Origin: an uncultured Candidatus Saccharibacteria bacterium | GTDB lineage: Bacteria; Patescibacteriota; SICC01 | Reading direction: 5' to 3' | DNA length: 64,000 nucleotides | Assembly (NCBI GenBank): GCA_964525455.1 | Contig: CAZGHP010000001.1 | Span: forward strand, 8,766-72,765 | In this document: piece after piece, positions 57,376 through 64,000 of the stretch | How the letters are laid out: every line of letters starts with the position of its first letter | Position numbering within the stretch: the first letter of the stretch is position 1 | Made by a program: the position numbers and the translations under genes | The notes under the pieces: model-generated | Told to the model about the DNA's origin: nothing | What the model saw: only the letters and a program-made list of their open reading frames with translations | Databases searched by the model: none

Positions 57376-57714
57376 ATGAACAGTTACCAGCTCCAAGAGC
57401 TCATCAAAAACGTGCAGACCATGATGCGTTGCCCCAGTTGTGGCGCGAATTATGGCGAGAATCACATCCATTTCCTCGGCCAGCTCGACATGGCTGCGCT
57501 GATCCAGCTCGACTGTGAGAGCTGCGGTTTGCCGGTGATGGCGACGATCGTGGTGTCCAATGGCAAGGAACAGGCCCCGAAACTGCTCTCCGACATCAGC
57601 AAGGAAGATCTCAAGGGCAAGCATGCCAAGGAACCTGTCACCGGCGACCACGTGGTCGACACGCACCAGTTCCTGAAGGACTTCGACGGGAACTTCGAGA
57701 AGTTCTTCAAGTAA
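57376..57714 (+). CDS. small zinc-ribbon protein (two CxxC pairs), hypothetical
   Basis: CPSCGAN...CESCGLP motifs; RBS TGAGGAAC. Confidence 0.5.
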   Translation: MNSYQLQELIKNVQTMMRCPSCGANYGENHIHFLGQLDMAALIQLDCESCGLPVMATIVVSNGKEQAPKLLSDISKEDLKGKHAKEPVTGDHVVDTHQFLKDFDGNFEKFFK

Positions 57715-57780
57715 CGGCCGCACCCCGGGCCGCCGGATACGTGGCAATGCCGCGGTTCCTTCCGTATACTTACGTATCGT

Positions 57781-58503
57781 ATGGCTGATTACACGCTCAG
57801 TGCGGAACCCCGCGAAGAAACCGGCAAGCGGGTCAGGCAGTTGCGCCGCGACGGCAAGGTGCCGGCGGTGCTCTACGGCCACGGGGTCACGCCGCGGAAC
57901 CTGACGTTGTCACGCGGTGAACTGGAGCGTGTATATCATCAGGCCGGCGGCTCGACGGTCGTCGGGATCAAGCTGGGAGATGGCGAGGAAAACGTGTTGA
58001 TCCACGAGGTCCAGCACGACCCGACCACCGGCCGGTACCTCCACGCCGACCTCTACCAGGTGAAGATGGACGAGAAGATCAAGGCGACCGTGCCGTTGAC
58101 GTTCGGGGGTACCGCTCCGGCGGTCCGCGAACTCGACGGGACCCTGCTCACCAATCTCAGCGAGGTCGAGGTGGAGTGTCTGCCGGGCGACCTGCCGTCG
58201 GAGATCGTGGTGAACGTGGAATCATTAGAGACGTTCGAGGATACGATCACCGTGGCCGACCTGAAAGTCGCCGCGAACGTGGAGATCCATGCCGAACCGG
58301 AGGCGAGCGTGGCGACCGTCACGCCGCCGCGCACCCAGGATGAGATCGAGGCGCTCGATGAGGACACCGAGGAAGTCTCGCCGGAAGACGTCGAGGTCGA
58401 AGGCGAAGACGCGGAGGGTGAGGAAGGCAAGCCCGGCGAAGGAGAATCCCCAACCGACGGCTCCGGCGACGGCACCGGAAGCGATTCGGAAAAGAAAGAA
58501 TAG
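57781..58503 (+). CDS. rplY: 50S ribosomal protein L25/general stress protein Ctc with acidic C-terminal tail
   Basis: REETGKRVRQLRRDGKVPAVLYGHG start and the L25 beta-barrel region. Confidence 0.9.
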   Translation: MADYTLSAEPREETGKRVRQLRRDGKVPAVLYGHGVTPRNLTLSRGELERVYHQAGGSTVVGIKLGDGEENVLIHEVQHDPTTGRYLHADLYQVKMDEKIKATVPLTFGGTAPAVRELDGTLLTNLSEVEVECLPGDLPSEIVVNVESLETFEDTITVADLKVAANVEIHAEPEASVATVTPPRTQDEIEALDEDTEEVSPEDVEVEGEDAEGEEGKPGEGESPTDGSGDGTGSDSEKKE

Positions 58504-58508
58504 CGGAC

Positions 58509-58811
58509 TCAGCCGCCGATGCGGTAGGCCGGCCGGACGCCAAGCAGGTCGCTGAGTAGGTAGGCGACGATGATGTACGCCAGGAAGATGATGATCAGGC
58601 CGAGGATCGCATAGAGCACGGTGTGGCGTGCTTTTTCGACGCCTTCCGGGTTTCCTAGCGAGATGATGAACCGGAAACCGCCGATGATGATGAAGAGCAG
58701 CGCGATGGCGCCGGCCCAGAGCAGTAGCGTACCGATCACCTGCCCGAACAGCGACGAGGCGTCGAAGTCGATCAGGGGGTTGGGGACCTGTGGCGGTGAA
58801 AGTGGGTTCAT
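58509..58811 (-). CDS. small two-TM membrane protein, hypothetical (VirB2/TrbC-pilin-like topology)
   Basis: Start at the internal Met (58811). Hydrophobic hairpin with a short NPEGVEKARH loop. Confidence 0.35.
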   Translation of the reverse strand: MNPLSPPQVPNPLIDFDASSLFGQVIGTLLLWAGAIALLFIIIGGFRFIISLGNPEGVEKARHTVLYAILGLIIIFLAYIIVAYLLSDLLGVRPAYRIGG

Positions 58812-59005
58812 CGTGTTTGGTAGTGTAGCGCAGTCCGCCCGGCTTAGCGATAAAAGCGCGATACGTCGAGCTTTTAACAGCTTTTGACGATACCGCATGC
58901 GGACCGCATTGACAAGCGCATCAGCAACCGACTATAGTGAATAGCGAGCGACCATACGGTTGCCGGAGGGAGGAGGGCCATCGGGTTCGGGTAACCATCT
59001 GTCTT

Positions 59006-59719
59006 ATGAAGCGATTACTATCAGTCCTGTCGGTGCTTACGCTGTTCCCCGCCGCCGCGTCGGGGGCGACCCCGCCACCTTCGCCCATCCCGTCGCCTTC
59101 GGCGAGCGTGCAGCCCGTGTCTCAGCCGATGCCGGGCGAGCTCCGCATCAACGAGGTCCTGCCGAATCCGGACGGTACTGACACGGGCAAGGAATGGATC
59201 GAGCTGAAGAACGTCGGTGACCAGGCGCGGGACATCAGCGGGGTTACGGTCAGGCGGGAATCCGGGTTACTACTGGCGAAAGTCCCGGACGGGACACTGC
59301 TGGACGGCGGGGCGCTGATCTTGCTCGACGACCTGTCCGGCAGCATCGTCAATGGCGGCGACACCCTGGTGCTCATGCTCGACTCGTTGGAACTGGATCG
59401 GATTACCTACGACCAGGGTGACGAGGACGCCTCATGGTCACGCCGGACGGCGACCGAAGGGTCGTGGACCAAGCCCGGCACGCCCGGGGCGGAGAACGCC
59501 GGCGGTGCATCCGCCGGGACACCAACCCCGATACCCACCGCCGTGTCCGACACTCCTGCCGCCACCCGTGCAGTCACGGCGGAATCGCGTGCTTTGGGCA
59601 ATGCGCGGACCGCTGGAGCGGGCAAGCTGCCCCAGTCCGGTCCCGGCGCCTGGCCATACGCGCTACCGCTGGCCCTTGCTACACTTTACGGGTGTCAGAG
59701 ACTACGGATACTCCGATGA
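59006..59719 (+). CDS. secreted lamin-tail-domain (LTD) protein with C-terminal LPxTG-like sorting signal (LPQSG, hydrophobic stretch, basic tail)
   Basis: Signal peptide, LTD motif INEVLPNPDGTDTGKEWIELKN, C-terminal KLPQSGPGAWPYALPLALATLYGCQRLRILR. Confidence 0.6.
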   Translation: MKRLLSVLSVLTLFPAAASGATPPPSPIPSPSASVQPVSQPMPGELRINEVLPNPDGTDTGKEWIELKNVGDQARDISGVTVRRESGLLLAKVPDGTLLDGGALILLDDLSGSIVNGGDTLVLMLDSLELDRITYDQGDEDASWSRRTATEGSWTKPGTPGAENAGGASAGTPTPIPTAVSDTPAATRAVTAESRALGNARTAGAGKLPQSGPGAWPYALPLALATLYGCQRLRILR

Positions 59720-60165
59720 TTTCCCGTTCGGTCGAAGAGACCTGCCGTTTCGGCAAGCTGTTGGCCCGCGCCCTCGAAGGGGGCGAGAATCTGCTCCTGG
59801 TCGGTGACCTGGGAGCCGGCAAGACCGCCCTGGTCCAGGGCATCGCGGCCGGGCTTGGCGTCACGGAGCCGGTCAAGAGTCCGACGTACACCTACCTGCG
59901 CGAATATACGCTTCCCAACCGGTCGACCCGGTTGGCGCACTTCGACCTCTACCGATTACCGGATCGTCCCACGGCCGCCGAGCTGCGTTCGATCGAACTT
60001 CCCGAGCGGTTGGACGACCGGGATGTCATCACCGTCATCGAGTGGGGAGACAGGTTGGAATCGCGGCAGGACGCCCGCTCCTGGGTCGTCCGGCTCTCGA
60101 TCGCCGATGCCGACGTGCGGGAGATCGAGCTCCCGGAGCGGTTACGGAAACGGATACCGACATGA
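59716..60165 (+). CDS. tsaE: tRNA threonylcarbamoyladenosine biosynthesis protein TsaE
   Basis: P-loop GDLGAGKT, TFDLYRL-like HFDLYRL, and VIEWGDRL motifs. ATGA overlap with the upstream gene. Confidence 0.85.
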   Translation: MISRSVEETCRFGKLLARALEGGENLLLVGDLGAGKTALVQGIAAGLGVTEPVKSPTYTYLREYTLPNRSTRLAHFDLYRLPDRPTAAELRSIELPERLDDRDVITVIEWGDRLESRQDARSWVVRLSIADADVREIELPERLRKRIPT

Positions 60166-60662
60166 GGCGCTTTCTCCTGATCGATACCGCGGCCGAGCCG
60201 TCTGTGGCGGCGATTGCCACCAGCCGGTCGGTACTGGCGGAGGCGACCGTACCGGACCGGAAGCGCTTATCCGAGGAGCTGCTGGCCCGGATCGACACCC
60301 TGAGCCGGGAGGCGCAGCAACCGCTTGCAGGCATCGCGGCGATCGGCATCGTGACCGGTCCCGGACCGTTCACGGCCCTGCGGATCGGGGTGGCCATAGC
60401 GAACGCGCTGGCTTATGCCCACCGTATCCCGATCGTCCCGGCGGAGAAGCCGGAAGTGGCGTCGGTGCCGGCCTTCGCCTCGTTGGTGGCGGAACGCCTG
60501 GAGGCCGGCAAGACTGCCCGGGCGGTCCTTCCTAGCTATGGCCGCGAACCGTCGATTACTCCGCCGAAACGCGGTACACCGTCACCGGGCCGTCCGTCTG
60601 TCCGGAGCCGGCGGGGAACCGCTCCCACACCGGATACCGACGGGCGAAGAACCGCTCGTTGA
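60162..60662 (+). CDS. tsaB: TsaB (YeaZ)-like tRNA t6A protein, shortened form (~166 aa)
   Basis: LLIDTAAEPSVAAIA and TGPGPFTALRIGVAIANALA motifs. ATGA overlap with tsaE. Confidence 0.72.
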   Translation: MRRFLLIDTAAEPSVAAIATSRSVLAEATVPDRKRLSEELLARIDTLSREAQQPLAGIAAIGIVTGPGPFTALRIGVAIANALAYAHRIPIVPAEKPEVASVPAFASLVAERLEAGKTARAVLPSYGREPSITPPKRGTPSPGRPSVRSRRGTAPTPDTDGRRTAR

Positions 60663-62604
60663 CGGTAAAGCCTTCATCGCCCCGTTCCGCCGGCCCGATG
60701 ACCACGAAGTCCACGCCGTAGTGCCGGAGCAGGGCGGGTGTTTCCGGTACCCCTTCGTACATCCGCCTGACGTCGTCCTCCCGCTCGGCATACTCCAGGC
60801 CGTAGCTCCAGAGCCAGCCGGTGTAGCCCAGCAGCAGCCGCTGGCCGGCCAGGGAGGCGAAGGGATTGTTCACTTGCTGGGCCGTCAGCCAGATCGAATC
60901 CGGCGCGGCCGACTCGCGGGCCGCCATCGCGATCCGCTGGGCACGCTCATCGAACATCGCCGCCCGGTAATGGTTCGGCGGGAGCGTCCGGGTGACATCC
61001 GCCAACCCGGCCAGGACCAGGAACGGGAAGATGGCAATGACAGACGCCTTGCCAACCCGGCCCCGTCCGAACAGCCAGACCAGGAACGCGCTGACCGCGG
61101 GAATGCTCAGGACCAACCAGTACACCAGGAACTTGGTATTGTCCCAGTCCCACGGCTGGAATACGAGCAGGTTCGTGAGCACCCAGACGATACCGGCCGC
61201 GAGCGTGAACCGGAGCAGAAGCGAATCGCGTCCGCGCAGCCAGAAAAAACCCATCAGCAGGAGCGGCAGGAACAGTCCGAGGTTCTTCAGCCAGAACCAG
61301 GGGAGGAAATCCCCGTGTGCCGTCCAGCCGAATTGCGGACGCAGGAACGCGGTCGCCTGGACGCCGGCGGAAAGCCAGAGTACCTGCGGCAACGCAAGCA
61401 GCAGGATCGGTACGACGAAATAGAGCCACGGCCTGAGGTACTTCCAGCGGAAGCGTCTGCGTCGGCGCCCCGCGAGCCGCTTCCAGGTGAGGAGTGCCAA
61501 CCCGGGGGTCAGGAGCCCCAGGAACACCAGCGAGTGGGTGTGTACCAACGGCAGCAAGGCGGCGATGAGGCCGGCGGCCAGGAACGGCTCGCGGGGCGCC
61601 CGGTCGCGTAATCCTGCGTAGAGCAGGCAGAGGACGGTCAGGGTGATCGGCAGGCCGAAAAGGAATGCCCGCTGCGGAATGATATACGCGAAGATCGGGT
61701 TGATGAAGTTGATGTTCGACACCGGCACCTCCCCGAAGGTCAGGGTGTATTCGTGCGGGAGATTCCGGAGGAATTCACCGAGCGGCATGCCGGAGGCGGA
61801 AAGGTCGGTGAAGAAGTTGACGAAACCGAGGCCGCCGAACGCATAAAACAGTACGGCACCGACGAGCATCGTTCCCGGCCCGGCGGTCAAGCGGAGCAAC
61901 GCGGTGAGCATGCCGAGTCCGGAGATCACCAGCAGTACTCCCGGGATCTTCATGGCGGTCAGTAGCCCGAACCCCCCGGTGACTAGCAGTGCCGAAGCGA
62001 AGTTCGTGAGCAACGGATAGGTTATCTTCTGTCCGCTAAGCACGGTCTGTTCCGGCGGGAAGTTCTCGCCGTACGCGAAACTAGTGGTCTGGGCGAGATG
62101 CTGGTTCCAGTCGCCCCAGACGTTACTGAATCCGACGTAGATCGTGCCGCCCTCGGCGAAGAGCGCCTGCCACATGATCACGCCGAGCGCTGCGGCCAAA
62201 CCGCCGAACAGCACCGCTCCCACCCGGAACGGCCACGTCCGCAGCCGGGCACGCACATCGGCGAATTCTTCACGTATCCGCCGACGGACGGCGGCACGCC
62301 GCCAGATTGCCACGGTTCCCACCGCTCCGAGCAGAGCCGGTACCAGCAGGGCACCGGCATCCATGCCGAACAGCAACGCGTAGACGAAACCGGTCAGGCC
62401 CCCGGCGGCCAGTCCGATCGGCACGCCGGCGAATACCCGTTCCTCGATCCGGAGCGCGAGCGGCAGCAGACATGCGAGGGAAAACCCGAACGCGACGGTC
62501 GAAAGCAGGAAGAATATTCCCAACATACTTACCAGCCTAGCTCGCCCGGTGCCCCGCGGTCGAGGTGGTATAGTGGGATGGCAATGATAAAGGAACCATC
62601 CCAT
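60556..62604 (-). CDS. large polytopic membrane protein with C-terminal soluble domain (possibly a GT-C-fold glycosyltransferase; family uncertain)
   Basis: 682 aa with more than 12 TM helices. Its 3' end overlaps tsaB convergently by ~107 nt; the true start may be the internal Met at 62526. Confidence 0.5.
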   Translation of the reverse strand: MGWFLYHCHPTIPPRPRGTGRARLVSMLGIFFLLSTVAFGFSLACLLPLALRIEERVFAGVPIGLAAGGLTGFVYALLFGMDAGALLVPALLGAVGTVAIWRRAAVRRRIREEFADVRARLRTWPFRVGAVLFGGLAAALGVIMWQALFAEGGTIYVGFSNVWGDWNQHLAQTTSFAYGENFPPEQTVLSGQKITYPLLTNFASALLVTGGFGLLTAMKIPGVLLVISGLGMLTALLRLTAGPGTMLVGAVLFYAFGGLGFVNFFTDLSASGMPLGEFLRNLPHEYTLTFGEVPVSNINFINPIFAYIIPQRAFLFGLPITLTVLCLLYAGLRDRAPREPFLAAGLIAALLPLVHTHSLVFLGLLTPGLALLTWKRLAGRRRRRFRWKYLRPWLYFVVPILLLALPQVLWLSAGVQATAFLRPQFGWTAHGDFLPWFWLKNLGLFLPLLLMGFFWLRGRDSLLLRFTLAAGIVWVLTNLLVFQPWDWDNTKFLVYWLVLSIPAVSAFLVWLFGRGRVGKASVIAIFPFLVLAGLADVTRTLPPNHYRAAMFDERAQRIAMAARESAAPDSIWLTAQQVNNPFASLAGQRLLLGYTGWLWSYGLEYAEREDDVRRMYEGVPETPALLRHYGVDFVVIGPAERGDEGFTVNERFFARRYPVWERFPAGSGQTDGPVTVYRVSAE

Positions 62605-64000
62605 GGATACGGTATTGTTACTGATCGTGGCTGCGGCAGCGGGAGCTGGTCTCGGTTACGCGATTTTTTCAAATCGCGGCAAAGGACAGCAGGAACGCGC
62701 GCACGCCAAGGCTGAGAAGGAACTCGCGGAGGCGGAGACCAAGGCCAAGGATATCCTGCTCAAAGCGCAGGATGATTCGCTGAAGGCCAAGGAATCCGCC
62801 CAGGAAGACGTCCGGGACCGTCGGAAGCAGCTGGAAGCGACCGAGTCGCGGCTGGCTTCCCGAGAACAGAACCTCGATCGCAAGGAAAAGCAGCTTGAGG
62901 AAAGGCTCGGACAACTTGAGAAGGACCGCGAGCAAGCCAAGACGTTGAAGGAGGAGATCGCCGAGGTCAAGGAGCGCCAGGTACAGAACCTGGAGAAAGT
63001 CGCCAAGCTCACCCAGGCCAAGGCCAAGGACGTGCTACTCAAGATGCTTGAGAAGGAGTTCTCCGAAGAGTTCGCACGGAAGATCCACGACCTTGAGGAA
63101 CAGGCCAAGGAAGAGGGCGAGCAGCGGGCGAAGAAGATCATCGCCGCTTCGATCCAGCGCTACGCCGCCGATCAGTCGGCGGAGCTCACGGTGACGACCG
63201 TCCAGATCCCGAACGAGGAGATCAAGGGTCGGATCATCGGGAAGGAAGGCCGGAACATCCAGTCGTTCGAGAAGGCGACCGGTGTGGACATCATCGTCGA
63301 CGACACGCCGGACACGATCGTGATTTCCGGCTACAACCCGGTGCGGCGGCAGATCGCCCGGATCGCCATGGAGAAGCTGGTATCCGACGGACGGATCAAC
63401 CCGTCGCGGATCGAGGAAGTGGTCGGCAAGGCCGAGAAGGAAGTGAACCAGATCGCCAAGAAGGCCGGAGAAGAGGCGGTCTACGAACTCAAGCTGAGCG
63501 GCCTCAATCCGGACCTGGTGAAGCTGCTCGGCACCATGAAGTTCCGGACTTCCTACGGCCAGAACATCCTCAAGCACTCGGTCGAGGTGAGTTTCATCGC
63601 GCAGATGCTGGCCGGCGAGCTCGGCGTGGACGCGACCAAGGCCAAGCTGGTCGGCCTGTTCCATGACATCGGCAAGGCCGTGACCCACGAGGTCGAAGGG
63701 CCGCACGCGTTGATCGGCCGCGACATCTGCAAGAAGTACGGCCTGCCGGAGGACGTCTGCCACGCGGTCGGCGCGCACCATGAGGACCTGCCGATCGAGT
63801 CCACGCTCGACATCATCTGCCAGGTCTCCGACGCGATCTCAGGTGCCCGCCCGGGCGCGCGGCGCGAAAGCTACGAGCAGTACGTCAAGCGCCTCCAAGA
63901 ACTGGAGAACGTGGCGAACGCCTTCGACGGCGTGGAAAAGACCTACGCGATCCAGGCCGGCCGCGAGATCCGGATCCTCGTGAAACCGCAGGAGATCGAC
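62603..64000 (+). CDS. rny: ribonuclease Y, 5' portion (3' end outside window)
   Basis: N-terminal TM, coiled-coil, KH domain IIGKEGRNIQSFE, HD domain LFHDIGKA...HH. No stop before the window edge. Confidence 0.92.
   Translation, partial: MDTVLLLIVAAAAGAGLGYAIFSNRGKGQQERAHAKAEKELAEAETKAKDILLKAQDDSLKAKESAQEDVRDRRKQLEATESRLASREQNLDRKEKQLEERLGQLEKDREQAKTLKEEIAEVKERQVQNLEKVAKLTQAKAKDVLLKMLEKEFSEEFARKIHDLEEQAKEEGEQRAKKIIAASIQRYAADQSAELTVTTVQIPNEEIKGRIIGKEGRNIQSFEKATGVDIIVDDTPDTIVISGYNPVRRQIARIAMEKLVSDGRINPSRIEEVVGKAEKEVNQIAKKAGEEAVYELKLSGLNPDLVKLLGTMKFRTSYGQNILKHSVEVSFIAQMLAGELGVDATKAKLVGLFHDIGKAVTHEVEGPHALIGRDICKKYGLPEDVCHAVGAHHEDLPIESTLDIICQVSDAISGARPGARRESYEQYVKRLQELENVANAFDGVEKTYAIQAGREIRILVKPQEID

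Noticed and set aside
63035-63816. Minus-strand ORFs at the window end
   Set aside because: Antisense to rny, which has KH and HD motifs and a clean start at 62603

Overview
This is a high-GC (~65%) bacterial window with tightly packed genes, frequent 4-nt start/stop overlaps and very short intergenic spacers. RNase Y, a shortened TsaB, many small secreted or membrane proteins and large surface hydrolases suggest a reduced genome, possibly Patescibacteria/CPR-like; that placement is inference only. Most of the window is housekeeping. Recognisable genes include ftsK (3' end), rodZ-like, recA-recX, the rpsF-ssb-rpsR operon, efp, ychF, xerC/D-like recombinase, uppP and dedA. Also present are ndk, rdgB, a RelA/SpoT homologue, rpiB, prs, pyrC-like plus pyrB, rluB, guaB, and an F-type ATP synthase operon atpZ-B-E-F-H-A-G that lacks atpD and atpC. 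The window ends with rplY, tsaE, tsaB and the 5' part of rny. Five tRNAs were found: Val-CAC, Arg-CCT, Asp-GTC, Thr-CGT and Gly-CCC. The most unusual content is listed in the findings. Two tandem paralogous giant secreted proteins (45679-50793) fuse an M23 peptidase domain to about five copies of an unassigned ~110-aa repeat. A ~1.35-kb island of ~42% GC carries an Excalibur-domain secreted protein and abuts the Xer-like recombinase. A Cys-rich secreted-protein gene next to tRNA-Asp is bracketed by a perfect 18-bp inverted repeat. A 7-4-7 palindrome overlaps the recA promoter. A five-gene nucleotide-sanitation cluster runs ndk, NUDIX, deoxyribosyltransferase-like, HD and rdgB. A lipid-carrier recycling neighbourhood contains PAP2, three small TM peptides, UppP and DedA. 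A truncated asd remnant and several conserved intergenic repeats or hairpins are also noted. No CRISPR array, rRNA or transposase was seen.
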